Assembly: GCF_000341395.1 (NCBI RefSeq)
Contig: NC_020304.1
Span: forward strand, 3,150,001 to 3,182,000
Source: Desulfocapsa sulfexigens DSM 10523
GTDB lineage: Bacteria > Desulfobacterota > Desulfobulbia > Desulfobulbales > Desulfocapsaceae
Reading direction: 5' to 3'
DNA: 32,000 nucleotides
Under the pieces are notes generated by a model. It did not search any database. It had not been told where the DNA came from and worked only from the letters and a program-made list of their open reading frames with translations. This document shows positions 17,446-26,085 of this stretch, piece by piece (the first letter of the stretch is position 1; every line of letters starts with the position of its first letter). Made by a program: the position numbers and the translations under genes.

Positions 17446-18267
17446 TTAGCTAAGGAAATGAAGGAGTGGACCGTTACTCGGACTGATGGATACTGATCTT
17501 TCCTTGCCTGCTCTGATAATTCTGTCCATATATTCACCAGCCATCTGGAATGCAACAGCAGGTGTGTTCTCAAGAGAAAGGTAAGAAGCAAAGGCTGACG
17601 AGTAGGTGCATCCGGTGCCATGAAGATTGGGGTTGTGAAGACGCTGGCGTGTTGAAGCAACAACAGGTTCGTCGGGCTGGACAAGAAAATCACTGATAGT
17701 GGCCTCTGATTCTTCGATATGGCCACCCTTGACAAGAATTCCTTTCATATACGGGTATTGCTTTAATATATCCCTGGCACCTGCAATGGCTTCTTTAGTC
17801 GTTGTTGTTGATCGATTTGATAAAAGCTGCAACTCCATTCTGTTTGGGGTGAGATAGCTTACATTTGGTAGAAGTTTTTTTCTAATAGTGGTCACTGTTT
17901 TGCCCGTAAAAAGCTGTTCTCCGGTGGTTGATGCCAGGACAGGATCATAAATCACCTCACCTGTAAATGGATCGAGCAATTGGGCAAGACAATGAATGAT
18001 GGTATCATTTCCTGTCATTCCGATCTTAATATGCGTGACATTATGATCGTCAAAAACTGCCTTTACCTGTGCCTTAATATAATCAACGTTCAGAGGGTGT
18101 ATTGCAAGAACACCTTTGGCATTTTGCACCGTAAGACAGGTGATGGCCGTTGCGCCATATACCCCAATTGTGGTCATGGTTTTCAGGTCAGCCTGTATTC
18201 CTGCACCGCCTGAAGGGTCAGAACCGGCAATACTGAGGAGAGTGCGTTGAAGAAGCAACCAGACCAC
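17446..18267 (-). CDS. thiD: Hydroxymethylpyrimidine/phosphomethylpyrimidine kinase
   Basis: LSIAGSDPSGGAGIQADLKT, GMTG, VKGGH and GTGCTYSSAFASYL motifs. The track start is a GTG at 18267. A TTG at 18258, preceded by AAGGTGG, is an equally good start. Confidence 0.85.
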   Translation of the reverse strand: MVWLLLQRTLLSIAGSDPSGGAGIQADLKTMTTIGVYGATAITCLTVQNAKGVLAIHPLNVDYIKAQVKAVFDDHNVTHIKIGMTGNDTIIHCLAQLLDPFTGEVIYDPVLASTTGEQLFTGKTVTTIRKKLLPNVSYLTPNRMELQLLSNRSTTTTKEAIAGARDILKQYPYMKGILVKGGHIEESEATISDFLVQPDEPVVASTRQRLHNPNLHGTGCTYSSAFASYLSLENTPAVAFQMAGEYMDRIIRAGKERSVSISPSNGPLLHFLS

Positions 18268-18395
18268 CTTTAGTAAAGGATATTCTTATGTTCACAGAGT
18301 GTCATTCAGTCCCTTGCGAAATATAGTAAAATGCAATACTATTGCAAGGTTTCATCATGTAAATAATCAGAAAAACCCCTTGTGTCTCTTAGAAA

Positions 18396-20222
18396 ATGCC
18401 ACCAAAACCACCAGTTTACGACGAAAGTAAAGTAAAGACTCTCAGTTCGCTCGAGCATATTCGCAAACGTCCAGGGATGTATATTGGACGGCTTGGCTCA
18501 GGTAGTCATCCCGATGATGGTATTTACATCCTGCTCAAGGAGGTGATTGACAACTCGGTTGATGAATTTATTATGGGAGCCGGGCAAAGAGTCAATGTAT
18601 CCATAACTGAAGAGGGAAGGGTGTTTGTTCGGGATTTTGGACGAGGCATCCCACTTGGGAAGGTTGTGGAGTGCGTTTCAAGAATTAATACCGGTGCCAA
18701 ATATTCAACGGATGTTTTTCAGTTCTCCGTAGGGTTGAACGGTGTGGGTACCAAGGCAGTCAACGCCATGTCAGCTTTTTTTAAAGTGACTGCCTACAGG
18801 GAGGGCGAATATGCCTCTGCCACATTCTCCAGTGGCATACTCAGTGACCAGGAAAGTGGAAAAACCGATGAACCTAATGGCACTCTTATTGAATTTCTTC
18901 CGGACCATGAGCTGTTCCAGGATTTTCGTTTTGACCCTGAATTCGTCGATAAAAGGCTGTGGCGTTATGCATATCTCAATGCCGGACTTAAGATTTATCT
19001 CGATAAAACCTGTTATTTTTCAAAAAATGGTCTTCTTGATCTTCTCGATAAAGAGCTTGGCGGGCAGGGTATATATGATCCTATTTACTATCAGGATCAA
19101 ACTCTGGAATTTGCCTTTTCCCATAGTGAAGGCTACAGCGATACCTATTACAGTTTTGTCAATGGGACCTATACCAGTGAGGGTGGAACCCATCTATCTG
19201 CTTTTAGAGAAGGCGTCCTGAAAGGGGTTAATGAATTTTCCAACAAGAAGTTCAGTGCCAATGATGTCCGGGAGGGAATAGTTGGAACTCTTTCTGTGAA
19301 AATCATTGAACCTGTGTTTGAATCCCAGACAAAAAATAAACTTGGCAATACCGATATCCGTGCCTGGATTGTAAATAAGGTTAAAGATGCCGTTTCCAGT
19401 GCCATGTACAAGGACTCCGAACTCGCCGACAGGATTCTCGAAAAGGTTCAGCGAAATCAGAAAATCCGAAAAGAACTCCAGAGCGTTCGTAAAGAGGCCA
19501 AAGCCAAGGCCAAGAAAGTTGCGCTTAAAATCCCACAATTAAAGGATTGCAAGCACCATCCGAAACGTAATGAACCTTCCGCGAAAGATCGTGAAAATAT
19601 GATTTTTATTACAGAAGGGCAATCCGCTGCCGGGTCCATTGTCTCATCCCGTGACCCGCTGACCCAGGCCGTCTTTTCCTTAAAGGGAAAGCCCATGAAC
19701 GTTTTTGGACAAAAACTTGCGCTCCTCTATAAGAATGAAGAGATGTATTCTCTCATGCGGGCCCTGAATATTGAGGAATCCATTACAGATTTGCGCTTTG
19801 ATAAGGTTATACTTGCAACCGATGCTGATGTCGATGGATTGCATATCCGCAATCTGCTACTTACTTTTTTTCTTCATTATTTCGAGCCCCTGGTTAAGCT
19901 TGGACATGTGTATATCCTGGAAACACCAATTTTCAGGGTGCGGAACAAAGAGGAAACACATTACTGTTATTCCGAGAAAGAAAAAGATGAGTTTACCAGA
20001 ACTCTTCAGGGCAAGGGGAAAGTAAAAAAAGCTGTTGAGACTACTCGCTTCAAAGGTCTTGGAGAGATATCACCTAAGGAATTTAAACAGTTTATTGGCC
20101 CCGATATTATTCTAAAACAGGTGGATATGGGGTCTGTGAGTGAAGTGTCAGAAGTACTTTCTTTCTATATGGGAAAAAACACTCCTGATCGAAAAACGTA
20201 TATTATGGAAAACCTCCTCTAG
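18396..20222 (+). CDS. parE: Type IIA DNA topoisomerase subunit B (topoisomerase IV ParE-like, short form)
   Basis: LEHIRKRPGMYIG, EVIDNSVDE and GLNGVG form the GHKL ATPase. Toprim motifs are EGQSAAGS and DADVDGLHI. 608 aa, without the GyrB-specific insert. Confidence 0.8.
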   Translation: MPPKPPVYDESKVKTLSSLEHIRKRPGMYIGRLGSGSHPDDGIYILLKEVIDNSVDEFIMGAGQRVNVSITEEGRVFVRDFGRGIPLGKVVECVSRINTGAKYSTDVFQFSVGLNGVGTKAVNAMSAFFKVTAYREGEYASATFSSGILSDQESGKTDEPNGTLIEFLPDHELFQDFRFDPEFVDKRLWRYAYLNAGLKIYLDKTCYFSKNGLLDLLDKELGGQGIYDPIYYQDQTLEFAFSHSEGYSDTYYSFVNGTYTSEGGTHLSAFREGVLKGVNEFSNKKFSANDVREGIVGTLSVKIIEPVFESQTKNKLGNTDIRAWIVNKVKDAVSSAMYKDSELADRILEKVQRNQKIRKELQSVRKEAKAKAKKVALKIPQLKDCKHHPKRNEPSAKDRENMIFITEGQSAAGSIVSSRDPLTQAVFSLKGKPMNVFGQKLALLYKNEEMYSLMRALNIEESITDLRFDKVILATDADVDGLHIRNLLLTFFLHYFEPLVKLGHVYILETPIFRVRNKEETHYCYSEKEKDEFTRTLQGKGKVKKAVETTRFKGLGEISPKEFKQFIGPDIILKQVDMGSVSEVSEVLSFYMGKNTPDRKTYIMENLL

Positions 20223-20230
20223 GGTAACAA

Positions 20231-22237
20231 GTGGAATCTCAGCACGGTAAACTTCGGCAGCTTTTTGAATATAACTTTCTTGAGTACACCTCCTATGTAA
20301 TTAAAGAGCGTGCTATTCCGGATATTAACGACGGCCTCAAACCTGTTCAGCGACGTATTCTCCAGACCCTCCACAATATGGATGATGGCCGTTTTCACAA
20401 GGTTGCAAACGTTGTTGGGGCCACCATGAAACTGCATCCCCATGGAGATCAATCTATCTTTGCAGCCCTCGTTAATCTGGCAAACAAGGGCTACCTTATT
20501 GATCGCCAGGGAAACTACGGGAATATTTTCACAGGAGATTCAGCCTCTGCCCCCCGTTATATTGAGTGCCGTTTATCGCCCCTTGCCCGTGAGATCATGT
20601 TCAATAAGGATCTTACAGAATATGTAGATTCTTACGATGGCAGGATGCGGGAACCTGTTACCCTGCCATGCAAAATTCCATTATTACTGCTCCAGGGTGC
20701 GGATGGTATTGCTGTTGGTATGGCCACAAAGATCATGCCCCATAATTTTTGTGAGTTACTCGAGGCTCAAAAAAAGATTCTTCAGGGAGAGGACGTAAGG
20801 CTCTATCCTGACTTCCCTCAGGGCGGGTTGGTTGATGTTTCCCAGTATAATAATGGGAATGGAAAAATTCGCTGTCGTGCCAGGATGGAAGAGCTCAATG
20901 AAAAAACCATCGTTATTAGAGAAATACCGTTCACGACTACAACCGAATCTTTAATTGATTCCGTAGAAAAAGCTGCCAAATCCGGTAAAATCAAAATTGT
21001 TTCCATTAGTGACTATACCGCAGAAAATGTGGAAATAGAGATAAAACTTGCCCGTGGCATATATGCCAAGGATACTATCAAGGCACTGTATGCCTTTACT
21101 GATTGTGAAGTGCCGATCAGTCCCAATCTTACCCTGGTTCAGAACGGTGTCCCTCGAACGGCCACGGTGGAAGAGGTGCTGCGTTATAATACCGCTAAAC
21201 TTCTCGATGATCTGAGACGTGAGTTGGAAATCGACAAAAATCGTCTGGAAGATCGGCTGCATGCACGACTTCTCGAACAGATTTTCATTGAAGAGCGTAT
21301 CTACAAGACCATTGAAGAGAAAACGAGTTACAAGGCTGTGATTGCAGGAGTGGATGAAGCTCTGGCACCATTTGTTTCAGAGCTGAAACGTCCTGTGGTT
21401 ACAGAGGATATAGAAAGACTGCTTGAAATTCGTATTAAGCGAATATCGCGCTATGATATCAATAAGCAGAAAAAGGAAATCAAATCCATCCGTGGAGATA
21501 TCAAAACAATCGTTAAACATCTTAAGGATATGGTGCTCTTTACTACCAATTATATCAGTAAAATTTTAACAAAATATGGTGAATCATATCCTCGTTTGAC
21601 AGAATTGACAGAATTTACCGAGGTGAGTGTGCGAAGAGTCGCCCTGTCTAATCTCACCGTCTGTTATGACAGGAAAGATGGTTTTCTAGGACACCAGATA
21701 AAAGTAAGCAGTGGAGAACCGGAATTCTCCATTCCATGTTCAGAGTATGATAGATTACTGCTTATCTATGAAACCGGAATGTATAAGGTTGTCCAGGTGA
21801 CGGATAAACTCTTTGTCGGTCACGATATCCGCTGGATAGGAAAGATTCAAAAGGGACTCGTCTTTAATATGGTGTATAAGGAAGGGCAGGAAAATCTTTG
21901 TTACGTTAAGCGATTTACCACCCCGAAATTTATACTTGATAAAGAATACAGACTTTTTGATGAACATAAACAGTCTAAAATTCTACTGCTTTCCCTCGGA
22001 GAAGAGAAGAGCGCTCGTGCCAGTCTGGTTCCGTCCCCTCGCGCTAAATCAAATGTCGTTGAAATTGTATTTGATGAATATCTCTTAAAAGGCCCGTCTG
22101 CCAAGGGCAAGCGTGTTTCACCAAGGAGTGTCCGTCGTGTGATTGACACTACGGGTAAAACACCCCAGCCTAAAAAGATCAATTTGGCCCTTCCTGGTAT
22201 GGAAAATACAGATCCAGGGCAGGGTGAAGAAGAGTGA
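20231..22237 (+). CDS. parC: Type IIA DNA topoisomerase subunit A (topoisomerase IV ParC-like, reduced C-terminal domain)
   Basis: GTG start. ERAIPDINDGLKPVQRRIL, HPHGDQSI, and catalytic Tyr context SAPRYIECRLS. At 668 aa it is too short for a full beta-pinwheel CTD. Confidence 0.8.
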   Translation: MESQHGKLRQLFEYNFLEYTSYVIKERAIPDINDGLKPVQRRILQTLHNMDDGRFHKVANVVGATMKLHPHGDQSIFAALVNLANKGYLIDRQGNYGNIFTGDSASAPRYIECRLSPLAREIMFNKDLTEYVDSYDGRMREPVTLPCKIPLLLLQGADGIAVGMATKIMPHNFCELLEAQKKILQGEDVRLYPDFPQGGLVDVSQYNNGNGKIRCRARMEELNEKTIVIREIPFTTTTESLIDSVEKAAKSGKIKIVSISDYTAENVEIEIKLARGIYAKDTIKALYAFTDCEVPISPNLTLVQNGVPRTATVEEVLRYNTAKLLDDLRRELEIDKNRLEDRLHARLLEQIFIEERIYKTIEEKTSYKAVIAGVDEALAPFVSELKRPVVTEDIERLLEIRIKRISRYDINKQKKEIKSIRGDIKTIVKHLKDMVLFTTNYISKILTKYGESYPRLTELTEFTEVSVRRVALSNLTVCYDRKDGFLGHQIKVSSGEPEFSIPCSEYDRLLLIYETGMYKVVQVTDKLFVGHDIRWIGKIQKGLVFNMVYKEGQENLCYVKRFTTPKFILDKEYRLFDEHKQSKILLLSLGEEKSARASLVPSPRAKSNVVEIVFDEYLLKGPSAKGKRVSPRSVRRVIDTTGKTPQPKKINLALPGMENTDPGQGEEE

Positions 22238-22362
22238 CAATCTTGGGCTGTGTTGATAGGCTAAACGCTTTCGATCAGGATTAGCTGCAAAATGCACTCC
22301 CCTGATTTAAGAATCTCTCCATTGTAAGATTTATTGTTAGGGAATAGAAGTCAGATTTGAAC

Positions 22363-23274
22363 TTAATGATGATTAAACTGCAAGATAGCTGAACCATCAA
22401 AAAAAACTATGACGGAAGATGAGGACTCTGATACTGTAATAGTAAGTGCTTCGGACACTGCCGTGAGTGAGGCTGCAGCTGCGTGCCTTGCGCCAAAGCC
22501 TTTCAGCATTTTTGTGTTCTCGCTGGCTGGCGGATTGAGGTAGGTACCAGCTTTTTCAACCACCCCCGAATTGTCTATAATAAACGCCCCATCAAGCGCT
22601 GCAAATTCACGTATCGTTTCAAAAAAATCATTATCATGAATGTTACGGTTTCTTTTCGGATGACCTTTGCAAGGATTGAGTACAAGTTGAGTCAGGTATT
22701 TATCGTATTTTTTATAATCTCCAAGGACAAAGATCGTACCTATTTTCTTACCTTCACGGCCTTGGCCTGCAAGGCGTAATGCAATGTCGAGTAAACGAAT
22801 AAATTCCTTAGAACGTAGAATTTTTTTAGGAATTTTCTCGTACGTATGCTTCTGAAACCATTTGTTATCTCGTAATAAATTAGTTATCAGCAAGTTGTCT
22901 AGTCGAAGAGAACCTACCAAGCCAGTAATGCAGAGTACCGTTTCATCGTGTTCGACCAGATTGTGCAAAACCGCAATGAGTAAACCAAGTTGGAATTGGT
23001 CTGATCGTGAAAGGTTTTGACCGGGAAGGGAAAGGACAGAGCAATGAGGCAGAAACTCCTCCCGGATTTTCGCCTCATCTTTGGTGAGTAATATTATCGA
23101 CACCTGCTCCTTGTTTTCTAAGATGTAGCGTTGGTCCAAAACCGACTCAGCAAAAACTAGAATCTTAGTAATGCGTAGCTGGCGAGCAAGACCGAAGCAA
23201 TGATTGACTAAAAGTTTTGATTCGCGGTTTTCCGATGGTCGTACTTTGGTTCGGTCGTTGCCTTTAGTTGTCAT
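22363..23274 (-). CDS. Diadenylate cyclase (DAC/DisA_N domain) with N-terminal pyruvate-kinase-C-like domain (CdaZ/DacZ-type architecture)
   Basis: C-terminal half carries GTIFVLG, LDGAFIID (DGA motif), GFGARHAAAAS (RHxxA motif) and TVSESSS. The N-terminal ~130 aa (ARQLRITKILVFAES..VSIILLT) looks PK_C-like. Confidence 0.75.
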   Translation of the reverse strand: MTTKGNDRTKVRPSENRESKLLVNHCFGLARQLRITKILVFAESVLDQRYILENKEQVSIILLTKDEAKIREEFLPHCSVLSLPGQNLSRSDQFQLGLLIAVLHNLVEHDETVLCITGLVGSLRLDNLLITNLLRDNKWFQKHTYEKIPKKILRSKEFIRLLDIALRLAGQGREGKKIGTIFVLGDYKKYDKYLTQLVLNPCKGHPKRNRNIHDNDFFETIREFAALDGAFIIDNSGVVEKAGTYLNPPASENTKMLKGFGARHAAAASLTAVSEALTITVSESSSSVIVFFDGSAILQFNHH

Positions 23275-23284
23275 TTCTTATAAT
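23258..23284 (+). promoter_or_regulatory. Candidate plus-strand promoter with perfect TATAAT, divergent from the cyclase gene
   Basis: TATAAT at 23279..23284. TTGCCT at 23258..23263 gives a short 15-nt spacer. Confidence 0.3.
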
Positions 23285-23345
23285 TTATTTGTGTAAATTG
23301 TTCTCTGAGCAATACGACGTTCAGATCGCATTTTCTCAAGAAACG

Positions 23346-23373
23346 CCTGAAAAAGAGGAGTCTCTTTTTCAGG
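23346..23373 (+). terminator. Perfect 12-bp hairpin with T-rich tail, no upstream ORF (orphan terminator or leader attenuator)
   Basis: CCTGAAAAAGAG-GAGT-CTCTTTTTCAGG followed by TTCTATTACTTTCTCTTCTTTTT. On the minus strand it sits in the leader of the cyclase gene, followed by CGTTTCTTG. Confidence 0.55.
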
Positions 23374-23423
23374 TTCTATTACTTTCTCTTCTTTTTAGAA
23401 CAGAGGTGGGGGAATCTTGCTAC

Positions 23424-23456
23424 AAAAAAGTGGACAGGCAATTACTCCGCTTTTTT
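23424..23456. terminator. Second terminator-like hairpin flanked by A6 and T6 runs
   Basis: AAAAAAGTGGA - 11-nt loop - TCCGCTTTTTT. The symmetry makes it potentially bidirectional. Confidence 0.4.
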
Positions 23457-23841
23457 ATTATCCAATAATAAAATCTTAAAAGTGGCCGATAATTGTGTCA
23501 GTTGCCTGAATGGAGTATATAAGTATTAACGCTATTAAGCGCAGGTGACTATCATCTTTTACAAAAGCTAATTTTCTTTGTAAATCTTCGTTTCGTTGAT
23601 GTTCCGGCCATAGAATCTGAGACAGGTGGCTTGAAGACATTATGGCTGCAGGGGCGATTTCGAGTACAAATACTCGGGCTACCTGATAGCTATATCTGTT
23701 ATGAGTGGTTACAATTCTTGAATGTTTTTGTAAAATACAAAAAATAAGTATGTCTATTGTAGGAAGCTACTAATGACTAATGAAGTCTGAGTTCATGATC
23801 GAATCCGTAACCAAAATCCTCACTACCTGGAATGATACTTA

Positions 23842-24831
23842 ATGCTTTCTTCCGCGCAACCAAACACTCATAAGGGCCGTTATAAAAGTCTTCTCGATAT
23901 TGTGTCAACCGATGATATTATCTGCATTCTAATCGTTGCAGATCCGGATGCTATTGCCAGTGCCCTTGCTTTAAAAAGATTGTTTTGGAGAAAGGTGCAG
24001 AAGACTCTTATCTGTAGAGTTAATGCCATAAAACGTTCGGATAATCTTGCGATGCTCAGGGACCTGCGGATTGACGTTCCTTATATTACCAAGGTGGACA
24101 CTAGTAATGTGACGAAATGGGCCATAGTTGATTCACAGCCGCATCATCATAAATCTTTAAATAATACCAATTTTAGCATTGTTATCGACCATCATTCCCC
24201 CGATCCCTCATTGGACGTTCCTTTCAAAGATATACGTGAAGAATATGGTGCTGTTTCGTCTATTATGACGGAATACCTTAAGACCGCTGGTGTTACCCCT
24301 TCAACAAAACTCGCTACTGCACTGTTTTACGGCATCAAGACAGACACAGACAACTTCACCAGAACCTCGACCAGCGCTGATGTCAGGGCTTTTCGGTATC
24401 TCTATCCTCATGCCAATATCAATATTATTAAGAAAATAGAATCATCTGAAATTAATAAGAAAAATCTGGTCGCATTCCGAAAGGCATTTGAGGAGCTGCA
24501 ATTTATAGGTGATACTGCCTATATTCATATGGGAGTTGTAAAAGATGCTGATGTCTTGGTGATTCTCGCCGATTTTTTTCTGAAGATGGCTGAGGCTACC
24601 TGGTGTATCGTTTCCGGAATATATGGCAAAAAATTAATTATAATTTTGAGAAATGTTGGTTTCCGGCGTGACGCTGGTAAGGTTGCCATGCGACTGTTTG
24701 GCGAGGTGGGCTCAGCCGGCGGTCATAAGAGTGCTGCGAGGGTGGAGATACCAGTCGCAACTCTTGTAGGTGAGACAGAAGAGTTATCAGTATTGAGAGA
24801 GTATGTTGCCGATAAAATCAGAAAACGATAA
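23842..24831 (+). CDS. DHH/DHHA1 family phosphoesterase (NrnA/DhhP-like)
   Basis: ILIVADPDAIASALAL (DxD), VIDHHSP (DHH), GIKTDTDNF, and the DHHA1 motif GSAGGHKSAA. Confidence 0.85.
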   Translation: MLSSAQPNTHKGRYKSLLDIVSTDDIICILIVADPDAIASALALKRLFWRKVQKTLICRVNAIKRSDNLAMLRDLRIDVPYITKVDTSNVTKWAIVDSQPHHHKSLNNTNFSIVIDHHSPDPSLDVPFKDIREEYGAVSSIMTEYLKTAGVTPSTKLATALFYGIKTDTDNFTRTSTSADVRAFRYLYPHANINIIKKIESSEINKKNLVAFRKAFEELQFIGDTAYIHMGVVKDADVLVILADFFLKMAEATWCIVSGIYGKKLIIILRNVGFRRDAGKVAMRLFGEVGSAGGHKSAARVEIPVATLVGETEELSVLREYVADKIRKR

Positions 24832-24995
24832 GTCATACTGCCAATAATTCTTTTTATGATTTTGTGTTCCCTCGGTCTTTCAATTCCAGATACGACCACT
24901 TTTAACAAATCAAAAAAAACTCAACCATAATGACCTTAGATTTTAAGGGCTGAATGACAGCAAGGCTTTGTGGCAACACATTTGATACTCCTTTC

Positions 24996-25024
24996 TTGAC
25001 AGTCAGATATAAAGTTGGCACAAT
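24996..25024 (+). promoter_or_regulatory. Candidate sigma70 promoter of the SH3 gene
   Basis: TTGACA (24996..25001), 17-nt spacer, CACAAT (25019..25024). Confidence 0.35.
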
Positions 25025-25049
25025 ATAATATTGTGTAATATTATATTGT
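25020..25049. promoter_or_regulatory. Perfect 13-bp inverted repeat (candidate operator) overlapping the predicted -10/start region
   Basis: ACAATATAATATT-GTGT-AATATTATATTGT, 39 nt upstream of the ATG at 25088. Confidence 0.45.
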
Positions 25050-25087
25050 CAAATAATTGATCGCTTTTTTACTTCTTCCAGGTTTCT

Positions 25088-25813
25088 ATGTCCCTTATTG
25101 CTGTTGCATTTCTAACAGGCACTCTTTATATCGGTCCTCTTTGTCTTCCAGAATGGTTTGTCTGGGAAGAATCTCTTGCCAGTGCAATCCTGCCCTTTAC
25201 GTATGTTTATGCCAAAGGCCTGTTTTCAATAGCGTGTCTTTTTGGCGCCTCCATATATCATCACAAAAAGCAAATACAGAAAAGAAGAATATTTAAGGTG
25301 CCTCAAGTTGGAGAAAAGGGACGTCTACGATTGCCAAACCAGAGGGAGACGTCTGATCGTTTTGGCATGTCTGTCCTTTTATGTGTTTTGGTTCTAGTAT
25401 TTATTGTCGCTGGTTATAGTCGGGCTTTTGGCGGTGTTAAAATGGTTGCCATCGACAGAGATATTGTTAATGTACGCAGTGGGCCAGCAATCAGTTATAA
25501 GACATTATGGCAGTTTGGAAAAGGATATCCGCTCAAGGTTGTTGGTAGTAGGAAAGAATGGTATAAAGTTCAGGATTTTGAAGGAGACTCTGGTTGGATC
25601 TATAAACCTCTCGTTTCACGTACTCCACATGTTGTGGTAAAGAACAAACTTGTAAATATCCGCTCCAGGCCGGGAACCAGACATGCTGTCATTGCAAGAG
25701 CACAGAGAGGAGTGGTGTTCCAGACCATTGCTTCCGTGAAAGGATGGGTTAAAGTGCGTCATGCAGGAGGGCTTGTCGGCTGGGTTGCAAGAAGACTTGT
25801 CTGGGGATGGTAA
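25088..25813 (+). CDS. Membrane protein with two bacterial SH3 (SH3_3) domains
   Basis: Hydrophobic N-terminal segments, then two repeats: VNVRSGPAISYKTLWQFGKGYPLKVVGSRKEWYKVQDFEGDSGWIY and VNIRSRPGTRHAVIARAQRGVVFQTIASVKGWVKVRHAGGLVGWV. Confidence 0.8.
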   Translation: MSLIAVAFLTGTLYIGPLCLPEWFVWEESLASAILPFTYVYAKGLFSIACLFGASIYHHKKQIQKRRIFKVPQVGEKGRLRLPNQRETSDRFGMSVLLCVLVLVFIVAGYSRAFGGVKMVAIDRDIVNVRSGPAISYKTLWQFGKGYPLKVVGSRKEWYKVQDFEGDSGWIYKPLVSRTPHVVVKNKLVNIRSRPGTRHAVIARAQRGVVFQTIASVKGWVKVRHAGGLVGWVARRLVWGW

Positions 25814-26085
25814 GATTACTGCTATCAAATCCCTTGCTGGCAAACATCTATTCACCATCTGCACCATTACTTTATGTGAGGCGTGAAAAGATAGATCTCC
25901 AACAATGAGAAAGGAAACATGTACTGCTTTTTTTATCTACCAGCAGTTTTCCTGTTGTTTGCTCTTCCACGCGCCCTCCCCCAAAAACAACATTCCCGGT
26001 AACGTTAAGGTTTAAATCCAACCATTATCTTTCCTGATCGCCATTGAAATTCAGCTTTGCAATCCAGAGTTTTTTTCGCGTCGAT

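Noticed and set aside
18268-18395. An expected TPP riboswitch upstream of thiD.
   Set aside because: Neither strand shows the CTGAGA ... ACCTGATCTGGATAATGCCAGCG core.
23268-23468. The 66-aa track ORF divergent from the cyclase gene.
   Set aside because: It has a TTG start without an RBS, runs through two strong hairpins, and gives a low-complexity Leu/Phe-rich translation.
23617-23690. CTGAGA and ACCTGAT strings upstream of the DHH gene, as a TPP riboswitch.
   Set aside because: No P2/P3 helices precede CTGAGA, the GGG...CCC closing pairs are missing, and the context (a DHH phosphoesterase) does not fit.
23275-23841. A c-di-AMP (ydaO/kimA) riboswitch in the cyclase/phosphoesterase intergenic region.
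   Set aside because: Only a GGTGGGGGAATC string is reminiscent. The pseudo-two-fold architecture and the conserved ACGGGGA/CCGA blocks were not found by eye. A covariance-model scan is still needed to exclude it formally.
24971-24986. TGGCAA-N5-TTGAT as a sigma54 promoter upstream of the SH3 gene.
   Set aside because: The spacing is correct, but the conserved -12 GC is GA and no enhancer-binding protein gene is nearby. It is too weak to call.
25017-25055. The AT-rich dyad as a dif (XerC/XerD) site, given TTATATTGTCAAAT versus the consensus TTATGTTAAAT.
   Set aside because: The arm and central-region geometry (13-4-13 perfect dyad) does not match the 11-6-11 dif layout. The XerC arm consensus is absent.
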